From an uncultured Gammaproteobacteria bacterium (GTDB taxonomy: Bacteria > Pseudomonadota > Gammaproteobacteria > DSM-16500): a DNA stretch of 64,000 nucleotides. Each line of letters begins with the position of its first letter. Within the stretch, counting starts at the first letter, position 1. The stretch covers positions 462,393 to 526,392 of the forward strand of contig CAWAUT010000001.1 of assembly GCA_963785295.1 (NCBI GenBank), read 5' to 3'. A model generated the notes under the pieces. That model did not search any database, was not told the DNA's origin, and saw nothing but the letters and a program-made list of their open reading frames with translations. Made by a program: the position numbers and the translations under genes. Positions 32,596 to 43,712 of the stretch are shown piece after piece.

Positions 32596-33030
32596 ATGAA
32601 AATATGGTTATCAAACATAGATTTAAAAGTAGTAAATGAGCGCGGCAGAAATACTATGTCGGAACATCTGGGCATAGAATTTGTCGATGTTGGTGATGAT
32701 TATCTGGCAGCTCGTATGCCGGTTGATCATAGAACCAAGCAACCTGTAGGAATTATGCATGGCGGCGCTTCCTGCGTGCTGGCGGAAACAGTAGGTAGCA
32801 CAGCAGCACAGTTTTGTGTCGACATGGATAAATATTACTGCGTAGGGCTGGATATCAATACCAATCACATACGCGCCATGCGCGAAGGTTATGTCACTGG
32901 CGTTGCAAAGCCTTATCACTTGGGCAAAACCACGCAAGTCTGGAGCATAGAAATCAAAAATGATGAAGGCAAGCTGGTATCGGTCACGCGCTTAACGATG
33001 GCGGTATTAGAGCGGTCGAGATCGTTGTAA
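32596..33030 (+). CDS. Hotdog-fold thioesterase (MenI/EntH-like)
   Basis: LGIEF..ARMPVDHRTKQPVGIMHGGASCVLAET, GLDINTNH. Confidence 0.92.
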   Translation: MKIWLSNIDLKVVNERGRNTMSEHLGIEFVDVGDDYLAARMPVDHRTKQPVGIMHGGASCVLAETVGSTAAQFCVDMDKYYCVGLDINTNHIRAMREGYVTGVAKPYHLGKTTQVWSIEIKNDEGKLVSVTRLTMAVLERSRSL

Positions 33031-33107
33031 GACTTGTGTTTTTCGCTCACTTCTGTATAATTTTAATACAAAATTAGCACTTAAAGCGAAAAACCTGGAG
33101 TTGGTTA

Positions 33108-34361
33108 ATGCAGCGACCGCCCTCTATATCTTTGGCGAAAAAAGTAGATTTCAAAATCACAAACGTTGGAATGTTTGCTCACGTGCCAAATGATGCTATC
33201 CAGATCATTGCTAATTATTTAACAGGCGGTGATGTTGCCAACTGGAGATTAGCAGCGAGATATTTTGCCGGACATGGCAGATTGAAAACATTTTTGCAAA
33301 TCGCCCAGCGCAAATGCCGTGTTTACGCACAAGAAGAAAATATTTATTTTTTATTTGACGACGGTCGCTTGTTTTTTCTTGATGCTGCCAGAAGCCAATT
33401 TGGGCAGATTAGTTTTCCTCAGAATGCTGCGGTAACAACAGTCGCATTTGGAAGTAATCATGCATTGGTGCTTACCACAAACGGTTTATGTTACGGTTGG
33501 GGTGTTCGCAAATATCTTGGCATACCAACGACACGCAGACATAAAGAACCAGTTATTCCCCATACACAACCAGCCCTAGTTCAATTAAGCGGTAACAAAA
33601 AGATTGTGAAAATCGTCGCTGGAGCAAATCAATCATTTGTGGCTAATGAACGTGGTGAATGGTTTGCATGTGGTGAAAATAATAAAGGTCAATTGGGATT
33701 AGGCGATCACGATGATCACAGTAGTTTTGCACCACTTTCTTTATTTCATCCAGGTAGAATAATAACGGCTGTTTTCCCTTCGCCGCAAACTACTTATATC
33801 CTCGATCAATACGGGATTGCTTATTCTGCTGGACGTGCTAATCGAGCCAGCAATTTTGGCTGTCATTTTATTAAGTTGCACGATATCACGGATTCCAAAA
33901 TTAGCAATATTGCTGTCGGTGATCAGCATGCCGTATTTCTTGCCGATAAAAATGAAATTTATGTTCGTGGTGAATTTCATCATGGACAATTAGCCGTGTT
34001 TCCTAACAATAGGTACAGAGTGTTTCGTTTGAACATTACGTTAAACACACCCTGCATTGACATTGCTGCTGGTTATAGACGTTCATTTTTCATGACTGAA
34101 ACACAGTGTTTGGCAACAGGTCTAAATGATAATGGTGAGTTAGGTGCTGAGACAACAATGCAATTAACACATGGTGAGCAAGGTTGGGTAGCGCTTCCTG
34201 CGAATGAGCGGGTTGCTAAACTTTCTGCTGGAAAAGGTTTTACTTTATTTCAATCAGCAACAGGCAATCATTACATTAGCGACATACATGGGGCTAAACC
34301 TAAACAAATTGACCCAGCAAAATCACGCGCGGAATTTTACAAACCTAAGTCATCGCGATAG
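33108..34361 (+). CDS. F-box-like plus RCC1-repeat protein, candidate effector
   Basis: VPNDAIQIIANYL..DVANWRLAARYF; repeats VAFGSNH, ACGENNKGQLGLG, IAVGDQH, TGLNDNGELG. Confidence 0.8.
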   Translation: MQRPPSISLAKKVDFKITNVGMFAHVPNDAIQIIANYLTGGDVANWRLAARYFAGHGRLKTFLQIAQRKCRVYAQEENIYFLFDDGRLFFLDAARSQFGQISFPQNAAVTTVAFGSNHALVLTTNGLCYGWGVRKYLGIPTTRRHKEPVIPHTQPALVQLSGNKKIVKIVAGANQSFVANERGEWFACGENNKGQLGLGDHDDHSSFAPLSLFHPGRIITAVFPSPQTTYILDQYGIAYSAGRANRASNFGCHFIKLHDITDSKISNIAVGDQHAVFLADKNEIYVRGEFHHGQLAVFPNNRYRVFRLNITLNTPCIDIAAGYRRSFFMTETQCLATGLNDNGELGAETTMQLTHGEQGWVALPANERVAKLSAGKGFTLFQSATGNHYISDIHGAKPKQIDPAKSRAEFYKPKSSR

Positions 34362-35334
34362 CAAGTTCGATGGCTGCTCTCATGCTGCCCGCATCAGCAG
34401 TACCCTTGCCAGCGATATCAATAGCAGTACCATGATCAACCGATGTGCGTACAAACGGTAATCCCAGCGTCACATTCACTGCTTTACCAAAACCAATATA
34501 TTTCACCACTGGCAATGCCTGATCGTGATACATCGCAAGCACCGCATCAGTCTGCTTTAAATTTTCCGGAGTGAAAATCGTATCAGCTGGTAGCGGTCCG
34601 TTTACCAGATAATTTTCTTCCTGTAATTCTTCCAACACTGGCGTAATGACTTCTATTTCTTCACGACCAAGATAACCGCTTTCACCCGCGTGTGGATTCA
34701 GGCCACAAACTGTGATTCGCGGATGTTTGATTTTAAATTTTGCCTGCAATTCCTTATTGAGAATCGCAAGCACTAAACGCAAGCGTTCTTTAGTAATAGC
34801 GTGAGAAACTTTCGCTAATGGTATATGCGTAGTGACCAGTGCTACTTTTAACTGATCAACGACAAATAACATCACTGTATGTGGAACATCGCAGACGTGC
34901 GCGAAAAATTCAGTGTGCCCAGTAAAAGGAATATTGGCTTCATTAATAACGCCTTTGTGCACCGGGCCAGTCACAATCGCATCAGCCATTTTTTTACGAC
35001 ACAAATCAGCGCCTATTGCCAGCGTATGTATGACATATTCCGAATTTAGTGGGTCTAGCTTCCCAGCAGTAGCGGGAACATTTAACGGTACAGGAATGAC
35101 TTTTATGCTGCCTGGTTCGGTAGTGGCGTGCTGCTTAAAATTACCGTTATCGGTAATAATGATTTTTAAGGGCAACCCTAATTGTTTAGCGCGTTGCGTG
35201 AGAAGATTGGGATCAGCGATGGCGATAAGTTCAACCGGCCAGGAAGATTGCGCCATTTGTATAACAACGTCCGGGCCGATACCGGCGGGTTCGCCCGGAG
35301 TGATAACAATATGTTTGCGCGTTTGAGCGACCAT
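34345..35334 (-). CDS. pdxA: 4-hydroxythreonine-4-phosphate dehydrogenase
   Basis: GEPAGIGPD, FTGHTEF, GLNPHAGE, MYHDQ, RTSVDHGTA. Confidence 0.98.
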   Translation of the reverse strand: MVAQTRKHIVITPGEPAGIGPDVVIQMAQSSWPVELIAIADPNLLTQRAKQLGLPLKIIITDNGNFKQHATTEPGSIKVIPVPLNVPATAGKLDPLNSEYVIHTLAIGADLCRKKMADAIVTGPVHKGVINEANIPFTGHTEFFAHVCDVPHTVMLFVVDQLKVALVTTHIPLAKVSHAITKERLRLVLAILNKELQAKFKIKHPRITVCGLNPHAGESGYLGREEIEVITPVLEELQEENYLVNGPLPADTIFTPENLKQTDAVLAMYHDQALPVVKYIGFGKAVNVTLGLPFVRTSVDHGTAIDIAGKGTADAGSMRAAIELAIAMT

Positions 35335-36321
35335 TTAAGCGACAGAGTTATCTGGATTCATATTAATGAAAGCCTGACTACGCAATTTGGAAACCCAGCT
35401 TGCGATAGCTTGTTCGAATTTCTGTTGTAACAACAGATTTTCAATTTGCGCTTTTGAAGGTGCGCCTTCACTGGATGCTACCGCACGTAATGCCGCGAGG
35501 CGGATAATGTGGAAGCCGTTTGATGTCTGAATCGGTCCAGCAATTTCTTTTGCAGACATATGCGCAACTTGTTCAGCGAATGCGGATGGAATTTCCGGCA
35601 GTTTACGCCAGCCCAGATCGCCGCCTTTTAATGCGTTACTATCACTGGATTCAGATGCCGCGACAGCTTCAAAACTCTGTCCTTTGTTTAATCTCGTGAC
35701 GACATCTTCCGCATGCTTTTTTGCCGCCGTGATTTCATTAGAAGTAGGTGAGTCTGAAAGCGGAATCAGAATATCTTGTAAATGATATTCATTGGAGCTG
35801 TTTGACTGCCACATCTTGGAGCGCATAAAGCTGTTAACTTCTTCTGGCGAAATGGTAATACGATTGATGACTTCCTGCTGCTGCAGTTTTTGTATGGTCA
35901 GCTGGTCGTGCAATTCATCTTTGTAATCATCCACAGCCATGCCTTCAGCCGTTAAGCGGCGATATAAATCTTGAATAGACATGTGGTTCACATCAGCTAC
36001 TTTTTGTATTGCTTGATCGAGTTCCATATCGGTGACATTAATGCCTACCTGCTTGGCGATTTGCATTTGCAGCTTTTTATTGACCAGCTGGTCCAGCACT
36101 TGTTTACGCATGGCCGATTCAGCCGGAGCAGACAAGTGTTGCTGCGACATCTGCATTTTGGCGACTTTCATAGCGTGATTTAATTCGGAAGTGGTTACGA
36201 CGTCATCGTTAACAACAGCAACGATTTGATCAAGATTCTGGCCGCTTTCTTTTGCCATGGCGGAGAATGGGATCATACTGGAGCATAATAGCAAGATGCT
36301 CATTAATAATGCTTTTTTCAT
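35335..36321 (-). CDS. surA: Periplasmic chaperone SurA (single PPIase domain)
   Basis: DQIVAVVNDDVV, GGDLGW, GPIQTSNGFHI; lptD-surA-pdxA order. Confidence 0.92.
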   Translation of the reverse strand: MKKALLMSILLLCSSMIPFSAMAKESGQNLDQIVAVVNDDVVTTSELNHAMKVAKMQMSQQHLSAPAESAMRKQVLDQLVNKKLQMQIAKQVGINVTDMELDQAIQKVADVNHMSIQDLYRRLTAEGMAVDDYKDELHDQLTIQKLQQQEVINRITISPEEVNSFMRSKMWQSNSSNEYHLQDILIPLSDSPTSNEITAAKKHAEDVVTRLNKGQSFEAVAASESSDSNALKGGDLGWRKLPEIPSAFAEQVAHMSAKEIAGPIQTSNGFHIIRLAALRAVASSEGAPSKAQIENLLLQQKFEQAIASWVSKLRSQAFINMNPDNSVA

Positions 36322-38925
36322 TTAAATTACCTGCCCAAATTGAGTTTTATAGCCCGAAATACTGCTTAACAGGCCACTAGGATTGCCGGTGCCAATTTCA
36401 CCCAGGCCTTTAAGGGCAAATTGAATGTAGCCCTCGGTATTATATTGAGGTCTATTATTATCGTTAGGATCGAGGCCGGTGAATGTGCGTCCGCCAACTA
36501 TTCTTACTGCCCAGCAGCAAGTGTCGTATTGTAACCCAACGACCAGGTTCTGCAAGTGAGTCTGGTTCCAGTTTTGGCTCCACAGACCTACACCGCTAAT
36601 GTCCCGATAGAGTGGCCATGCATATGACAGTGTGGTGACTTTCAAGTTGTTGCTAGGGTCTTGCTGCTCAACGATACCTGAAAGCGGGTCACCGCTACGT
36701 GCGAAAGTATAACTAAGATTAAAGACATGCTGATCTTCAGGTTCATACTGGAAGGTCAGTGTCGTATTTTCCATATATTTGGTAACGGGGTCCCAGATGG
36801 CATCCGTACGGAAGCTCCAGGCCGGGTTGATATTATAATTAAATAAACCAGATACGGGCGAAAGCCGTTGCTGGTTGCTGTGGTTATCAGGATTGTCCAC
36901 GCAGCTGTTGTCGTTACATAAAGTGACTTTGCGATGCGCGAAATAAACAATTTCACCTATGCCCACGCGTACTTTTTCCAAACCGGTATTTTGATCTATG
37001 AATCTGCTCGAAACCCCAAGACCCACCTGGTTCGCATCGCCTATGCGGTCTATGCCGCTAAAGCGGTTGTAGTTAAATATCTGATCGTAAACCAGGGTGT
37101 TGACCGTGGTATCGAAAACTGGAATGCGCGCCTGATTACGATAAGGAATGTAAGTGTAATATACCTGTGGTTCCAGTGTTTGCTGATATGGATTTGAAAA
37201 TAAGGTGATATCACGAAAAAGCATCAAGCCGGAAGCAATATCAAAAATTGGTAACGCACGCTGTTTACTGCCTGGGGCGCCGGTGTCCGAGGTTTGAGTA
37301 AGACTATAATCAGTCAGCGCGAATTGCAGCCGTGGATTAAAATAATATGACGGCATGTAAATAGGCAGACTGACGCCGGGTTGTATATGGAAACGATTAC
37401 CAATCGGTTCATTCGTTTCGGTACCAGGCGTGTTGCGAATGTCAAAGTGGGTGATTTCATTATTAACAAAGTATTCGAGTCCCAGCGCCTGATCAGGATA
37501 GTCGCCGTTCAGAATTAATTGCGGGAAGCGTCGGTACTGACTTGTGACCGGCAGTTCATCGACAGGATGTAATGTCTGATATGTCTGCAAGCGGCCGATG
37601 AAATTCCAGTTTTGTCCCTGATAAGTGACATCGCCTTCTTGCAGCAATTGATTTGCTGTCACTTCATTTAAGTTGCTGCCAAAATTTTTCAGATAGTAAT
37701 CATCGCCGGCATAATTGAAATCGACATGACTGGACCAATGCTCGTTATAATGTGAGTCTTGCCGCCACAAAAATGCTTTGCGGGTGTCATTGTCGCTGAC
37801 CAACCGGTTTAAATTAGCTTGTACCACCGGGTCAGTGCTGTTGGCGAATGTTTCTGCTGACGATTTTTGAAAATCATCGAACGCGCGATCGTGGGGCACG
37901 ACGCTGGCGTAAATATTGCCGTAACTAGTCGGCGTCAAATAACGGAAATTATCCGACAATATGGATCCACGTTTGGCCATATAACCGGGTGTGATGGTCA
38001 TGTCGTAATTCGGTGCCATGTTCCAGTAAAACGGTGTATAGAGAGAAGGACCAGTCTGGTTGCCGCCACCGTATGTTGGCCACAAAAATCCAGATTTACG
38101 TTGACCATCAATAGAAAAATTCAAATAAGGTAAATACATGACCGGGACACTTTTCACCAGCAGGCGCACATTAGTGGCATAACCTCGACCAGTGTTCTTA
38201 TTCAGAACAATATGACTGGCTTTTACTCGCCACGAAGGATTTTCCGGCGGGCAGGTGGAATAACTGGCGCGATACAATTCATAAACCCGTGGCTCAGTCT
38301 GCGAAAATTCATAAGCTTTACCCCATGCGGTCATGGTGGTGATTTTATGCTCATTCTGTTGCAGTCCTTTCGCTTTCCCGCCAGCTTTTTGCTGGATGTT
38401 CATGGTGGTGCGATAAAGGATGTCGATCAGCGATTTAGTCGTGGTTTCGAAATTGTAGCGGCCTTTTTTTCCTATGATCAGCGTATTGGGCTCGCGCAGA
38501 TTCACATTACCTATCATGTCTATGGCGGCCAGTTTGCCAGTGCTGGGATCACGGTAAAGATAGGCTCTGTTTGCAGTAATCTGCTGGCCATAACGTGTGA
38601 TAGTGACACTACCTACCAGGATTGAAGTAGAACGCTGAGATAGCAAGCCACTGTTAGTAGTGACTTCAACAGTATTGCCTTTGTTGACGTTGATGGGATA
38701 GACCAGCGGCTGCTCCAGATAATAACCGCCACAAAAATAATGCGAGTCATCAACCCAGCCTAATTGTTTCGCGAGTGTATCACGTGCCAATGATGGTCCA
38801 TCGTAATTGACACCAACACCGCTCACTGGTTTATTACCAGCGGCAGAAAGGCTGATGACAAAAGGCATCAAACAAGCATTAAAAATCAGCCAGGAGCCGA
38901 TTTTGATTTTTTTTCTTGCAGACAT
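36322..38925 (-). CDS. lptD: LPS assembly protein LptD
   Basis: YSTCPP, RKSGFLWP, PFYWNMAPNYD, NRFSGIDRIGDANQ, YDTCCW. Confidence 0.96.
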   Translation of the reverse strand: MSARKKIKIGSWLIFNACLMPFVISLSAAGNKPVSGVGVNYDGPSLARDTLAKQLGWVDDSHYFCGGYYLEQPLVYPINVNKGNTVEVTTNSGLLSQRSTSILVGSVTITRYGQQITANRAYLYRDPSTGKLAAIDMIGNVNLREPNTLIIGKKGRYNFETTTKSLIDILYRTTMNIQQKAGGKAKGLQQNEHKITTMTAWGKAYEFSQTEPRVYELYRASYSTCPPENPSWRVKASHIVLNKNTGRGYATNVRLLVKSVPVMYLPYLNFSIDGQRKSGFLWPTYGGGNQTGPSLYTPFYWNMAPNYDMTITPGYMAKRGSILSDNFRYLTPTSYGNIYASVVPHDRAFDDFQKSSAETFANSTDPVVQANLNRLVSDNDTRKAFLWRQDSHYNEHWSSHVDFNYAGDDYYLKNFGSNLNEVTANQLLQEGDVTYQGQNWNFIGRLQTYQTLHPVDELPVTSQYRRFPQLILNGDYPDQALGLEYFVNNEITHFDIRNTPGTETNEPIGNRFHIQPGVSLPIYMPSYYFNPRLQFALTDYSLTQTSDTGAPGSKQRALPIFDIASGLMLFRDITLFSNPYQQTLEPQVYYTYIPYRNQARIPVFDTTVNTLVYDQIFNYNRFSGIDRIGDANQVGLGVSSRFIDQNTGLEKVRVGIGEIVYFAHRKVTLCNDNSCVDNPDNHSNQQRLSPVSGLFNYNINPAWSFRTDAIWDPVTKYMENTTLTFQYEPEDQHVFNLSYTFARSGDPLSGIVEQQDPSNNLKVTTLSYAWPLYRDISGVGLWSQNWNQTHLQNLVVGLQYDTCCWAVRIVGGRTFTGLDPNDNNRPQYNTEGYIQFALKGLGEIGTGNPSGLLSSISGYKTQFGQVI

Positions 38926-39071
38926 TTAGTGATCTCTGAGCTATTCTTTATAATCTTTCCCTAAGCGATTGGGGGGCATTCATTTAGAACAAACTCCCGT
39001 TGCGGATTTTATCCCAGTGTATCGAAGGTGATTAATGGAATCCATAGTTGATTTAGATAGTTGATATAAAG

Positions 39072-40063
39072 ATGGCAGAACGAAAATATAATTTTGAACA
39101 ATGGCTTGCTAACAAATGTGGATTAGCGCACGTCAACATTGAAGCGATGGCTGGTGATGCCAGTTTTCGTCGTTATTTCCGTATTCACGCGGAAGGAAAA
39201 ACATTTGTAGCAATGGATGCGCCGCCACCGCAAGAAAACTGTCAGCCATTTGTCGCGATCGCGCAAGCATTGAAAGCGCAAGGCTTGCTAGCCCCAGAGA
39301 TTATTCACGCAGATGTACAGCAGGGATTTTTATTGCTGACAGATTTTGGCGATAACACTTATTTGAATACGCTGGATTTAGCGAATGCCGATTTATTATA
39401 TAAACGCGCGCTGGATGCATTATCAATGTTGCAAGGCTGTCAGCATGTTGCTGATCACGTCGTGCCGCCATTTACACAGGATTTTATGTGGAAAGAATGG
39501 GCGTGGCATAAAGAATGGTTTCAGGAAAAATTACTGCAAATACCTTTGGGAAAAAAAGAAAATAAACTCGATCAGTGTTATGCCTTACTGGTGGAGTCCG
39601 CGGCTGCACAGCCGCAAGTTTTTATGCACCGTGATTATCACTCCGCGAATTTGATGGTAGTAGGGTCGAGCGTTGGCATTCTTGATTTTCAGGATGCATT
39701 TCGCGGTCCCGTTACTTATGATCTGGTTTCCTTATTGCGCGATTGTTATATTGATTGGCCGCGAGAATTAGTCGGTTCATGGGTGCGTTACTACTATCGT
39801 AAGTTGCATGATTTCGACACGGTTAAAGCAATAGACGAACAACAATTTATCCGCTGGTTTGATTTGATGGGCATGCAACGGCATTTGAAAGCGTTGCTGA
39901 CATTCGCGCGCAAACATGTTCGCGACAATGACAGCAAATACTTGCAATATATTCCGCGCACTCTGAATTATTTATGCAGCGTGAGCGACGTATTATCGTG
40001 AACTGGACGCGTTGCATGTACATTTGGTTGATACAGTTGCGCCAGCATGGAGAAATTTCATGC
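39072..40063 (+). CDS. amgK: MurNAc/GlcNAc anomeric kinase (end approximate)
   Basis: GDASFRRYFR, MDAPP, HRDYHSANLM, LDFQDA, GPVTYDLVSLLRD. Confidence 0.92.
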
Positions 40064-40768
40064 GAGCGATGATTCTGGCTGCCGGCCGCGGCGAACGCAT
40101 GGGCGAACTGACAATGCAAACACCAAAACCGTTACTGCGTGTTGGTGAATATTATCTTATTGAGTATGTGATCGTGAATATTAAACGCGCCGACATACAG
40201 GAAATCGTCATCAATATTTCCTATCAAGGCGAGCAAATTAAAGCATTTTTAGGCGATGGCAGCCGTTACGGCGTTAAAATTTTTTATTCGGAAGAAAAAG
40301 AACGGCTGGAAACTGGCGGTGGTATTTTTCAAGCGTTGCCATTGTTAGGCGATAAACCTTTTATTGTCGTCAGTGGTGATGTTATTACTGATTTTCCACT
40401 ATCGCGGTTACCGCAAGAACCCGACGGGATTGGCGCATCTGGTATTAGTTGATAATCCGGATTTTCATCCGCAAGGTGATTTTGGCCTTAGTAAAAATGT
40501 GGTTGATCTGGAGGCCAAGCCGACATTCACGTTTGCGAACATTGGTATTTATCGACCGGAAGCATTTGCCGGCTGTCAGCCAGGATTTTTTCCCTGGCGT
40601 GAGGTAATGCTACCTCATATCCGCAATGGCCAGGTGACTGGCGAACATTATCAAGGTGATTGGTTCAATATTGGTACGCCGGAAGACCTGGAGCAGGTCA
40701 ATATTCGCGCCCGAGAGGATTCGAACCTCCGACCCTTGGCTTCGGAAACCAATACTCTATCCAACTGA
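40060..40768 (+). CDS. murU: MurNAc-1-phosphate uridylyltransferase (frameshift near 40430)
   Basis: MRAMILAAGRGERM..TPKPLL, LETGGGI, HLVLVDNP, WFNIGTPEDL. Confidence 0.92.
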
Positions 40769-40779
40769 GCTACGGGCGC
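40706..40779 (-). tRNA. tRNA-Arg(CCG), no encoded CCA
   Basis: GCGCCCGTAGCTCAGTTGGATAGAGTATTGGTTTCCGAAGCCAAGGGTCGGAGGTTCGAATCCTCTCGGGCGCG; full cloverleaf, anticodon CCG. Confidence 0.95.
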
Positions 40780-40847
40780 ATGCGGACGTAAGAAATAACG
40801 CATTCACCGCTAAGTTGCAAATATTTTCTCACTAATTCCCCTCTCCT

Positions 40848-40943
40848 CTGTGGTGGATTACGGCAAATAGCGCCTAATCCACCCTATATCAAACTAGCCG
40901 CGTGTAGGGTGGATTAGGCGCTATTTGCCGTAATCCACCACAG
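40848..40943. repeat. GTAG-type REP doublet, copy 2
   Basis: CTGTGGTGGATTACGGCAAATAGCGCCTAATCCACCCTA and its inverted copy. Confidence 0.9.
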
Positions 40944-40978
40944 GAGTATTTAAAAATTTTAATTAAAAGGAACTTACC

Positions 40979-42498
40979 ATGTCTCTCGCCATCGTCCACA
41001 CCCGTGCCTCCTCCGGCGTCAGTGCTGCTTTAGTCACCGTAGAAATCCACATCTCTTCCGGCTTTGCTGGCTTCCATATCGTTGGTCTCGCGGAAGCCGC
41101 AGTCAAAGAAAGCCGTGATCGCGTACGCAGCGCACTCATCAATACCCATTTTGAATTTCCCGATCATAAAATCACCGTGAATCTCGCTCCGGCTGATTTA
41201 CCCAAAGAAGGCGGCCGTTTGATTTGCCCATTGCGTTAGGCATACTCGTGGCTTCCGGACAATTACCGCAGCAGGCACTGAATGACTATGAATTCACTGG
41301 TGAGCTGGCTTTATCTGGCGAACTCCGTGCTGTGCGTGGCATTTTGCCGGTCGTATTAGCGACGCATAAATCAGGTCGTGCCTTGATTGTTCCCTGGCAA
41401 AATGCCGCTGAAGCAGCTTTAGTGCAACAGGCAAATGTGCTTGCTGCCAGGCATATATTGGATGTCTGTGCACATTTGAAAGGCGAGCGTTATCTTTCTT
41501 CTTGTGTGGCAGATAAAAACTTACAGTCAGTTTCTTATCCGCTGGATCTTGCGGATGTGAAAGGGCAGGCGCATGCGAAACGTGCGCTGGAAATTGCCGC
41601 GGCGGGCCGACACAGTCTCTTATTTATCGGGCCGCCCGGTACAGGTAAAACGATGCTGGCGAGCAGGTTACCGGGAATATTACCGGAATTGACGGAAACA
41701 CAAGCCTTGGAATCAGCGGCGATCACTTCATTGGGAAGTGCCGGATTTAAACCGTCACAATGGAAGCGAGTGCCTTTTCGCGCGCCTCATCATAGTAGTT
41801 CCAGTGTCGCTTTAGTGGGAGGTGGGCGGCCGCCGCGACCCGGTGAAATTTCTCTGGCGCACCACGGCGTTTTATTTCTGGATGAATTACCTGAATTTCA
41901 CCGTCATGTATTGGAATGTTTGCGTGAACCGCTGGAATCAGGTGTTATCACTATTTCGCGCGCTGCCAGCCAGATGGTTTTTCCCGCGCGTTTTCAATTT
42001 GTCGCGGCGATGAATCCATGTCCTTGCGGATACGCGGGTAGCAAAATAGCTATGTGCCAATGTACTAGTGAACAAATTAACCGTTATCGTGCGAAAATTT
42101 CTGGCCCGCTACTTGATCGTATTGATATGCACGTGGAAGTTAGTCGCTTGCCGCAAGAATTGCTGGCAGCTAGTCAAAATACTTGCGCTGAAAGTAGTGC
42201 CGCTGTGCGTGAGCGTGTGGTCCGCGCACGTGAATTGCAGCGAGAAAGGCAGGGGAAATACAATTCCGCATTGACGGTGCCTGAGTTGGATTTGTTAGCT
42301 AATTTGACATTGGCAGCACAGGAACTTTTGGCGCAAATAATGACTAAATTTACCCTATCGGCGCGGGGGTACCATAGGATCATTAAGGTAGCCCGGACTA
42401 TCGCTGATCTGGAGGCCGCAGACTGTATTACGCCGCCCCACCTGGGAGAGGTGTTAAATTACCGTTGTTTTGACCGGGTCAAGCCTTTGATTATTTAA
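40979..42498 (+). CDS. comM: YifB/ComM Mg-chelatase-like AAA ATPase (frameshift near 41220)
   Basis: VKESRDRVRSA, TVNLAPADLPKEG, GPPGTGKTM, LFLDELPEF, AMNPCPCG. Confidence 0.95.
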
Positions 42499-42630
42499 TT
42501 ATTTTTATTAATCAAGTAGTTATTGGTACACCGTTTTTCAGATTCAGTATATACTAAAATATATCGACAATTCTTTTCGCTAACGCTAAAAGGGATATAT
42601 ATTTCAAGAAAATAATGGGGAGATTGCCGT

Positions 42631-43014
42631 ATGGCGCTTACATTTTATCCACATCCAGATGATGCACAAAAAGGCTCAATTGAAGACAGAATTGAAGTCT
42701 TAATGGACGCGGCTGAAAGGTTTAAAGCGGTCGTACTGGAAGATAAAAATGTTGGTGGTGATGAAAGTAAACGTCTGCTTCCGCGTGATCAGGTTATTTC
42801 ATATAATTGGGAAGAAATTTCCCGAGTTCTGCGCCAAGTCCGTGAATTGTCCGAAGGCACTCCTGCTGATAAAGCTAAAAAAGCCGGTTTGCTAAACAGA
42901 CTAGCGGAAATTTATGAAGTATTGCGCGCCGCAAAAATGTCTAAACTTGAAGCTGTCAGGTTGGCATTAATCAGTGAAGCGAATCAATTGCGCGGCGGGC
43001 CCAATGTTGCATGA
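42631..43014 (+). CDS. Helical hypothetical protein
   Basis: 127-aa ORF with GGGGAG RBS, overlapping the next gene; no motif recognised. Confidence 0.7.
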   Translation: MALTFYPHPDDAQKGSIEDRIEVLMDAAERFKAVVLEDKNVGGDESKRLLPRDQVISYNWEEISRVLRQVRELSEGTPADKAKKAGLLNRLAEIYEVLRAAKMSKLEAVRLALISEANQLRGGPNVA

Positions 43015-43705
43015 TAATGAAGAATTTTCCTTTCACGTTACAGCAATTAATAAGCTAACTGATCAAATCTCACAGATTTTGTTAAAACCAACCAGCTTTC
43101 CTTCTCTTTCCTATCAAGCTGGTCAATATGTCAATGTCTTGCATCAAGACCAGGCTGTATCACCGCTTTCTATCGCTTGTGCGCCGAATCCGGAATCTAC
43201 GTTGGAATTCCATCTTTTTCACCCGCCAAAAAATCTGTTGGCTCAAGATTTAATGCGTATTGCGCAACAAGAAAAAATCTGGCGTCTGACGGGACCATAC
43301 GGCCGCTGCACAATTGAAAGAATTCATACTGACAAGCCGATTATTTTTCTCGCGCGGGGAACAGGATTTGCACCAGTGAAAGCGGTGATTGAAGCATTAA
43401 TGAAAGTGCCGCTGTATCCGCCGATGACACTCTATTGGAGTGCTGCGCAATCTTCTTATTTGTACCTGACGGATTTATTAGAGAAGTGGAAAACTGTTGT
43501 TCCTGATTTTGCTTATTTTCCTGTCTGTCTTGATGCGCATGCCGCTACACCTGCCGGCTTGCTGGAAACAGTGCTGAAAAATCATCCTGATATTGCCAAA
43601 TATCAGATATACGCAAGCGGCTCACAGGCGTTTGTTTATAACTTGTTTGCCGAGCTGCATTATCATGGTGTGGAAATGGAATATTTCTACTCAGATGTAT
43701 TATGA
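43004..43705 (+). CDS. fre: NAD(P)H-flavin reductase-like FNR-family protein
   Basis: YQAGQY, PLSIAC, GPYG, LARGTGFAP. Confidence 0.75.
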   Translation: MLHDNEEFSFHVTAINKLTDQISQILLKPTSFPSLSYQAGQYVNVLHQDQAVSPLSIACAPNPESTLEFHLFHPPKNLLAQDLMRIAQQEKIWRLTGPYGRCTIERIHTDKPIIFLARGTGFAPVKAVIEALMKVPLYPPMTLYWSAAQSSYLYLTDLLEKWKTVVPDFAYFPVCLDAHAATPAGLLETVLKNHPDIAKYQIYASGSQAFVYNLFAELHYHGVEMEYFYSDVL

Positions 43706-43712
43706 TCATTCT

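Noticed and set aside
33060-33085. PmrA-like TTAA-N7-TTAG box upstream of the RCC1 gene
   Set aside because: Degenerate match in AT-rich DNA and not clearly repeated before the other effector candidates.
40706-40980. Prophage or island integrated at tRNA-Arg or comM
   Set aside because: No integrase, no duplicated tRNA 3' end seen, and comM is uninterrupted apart from one indel.
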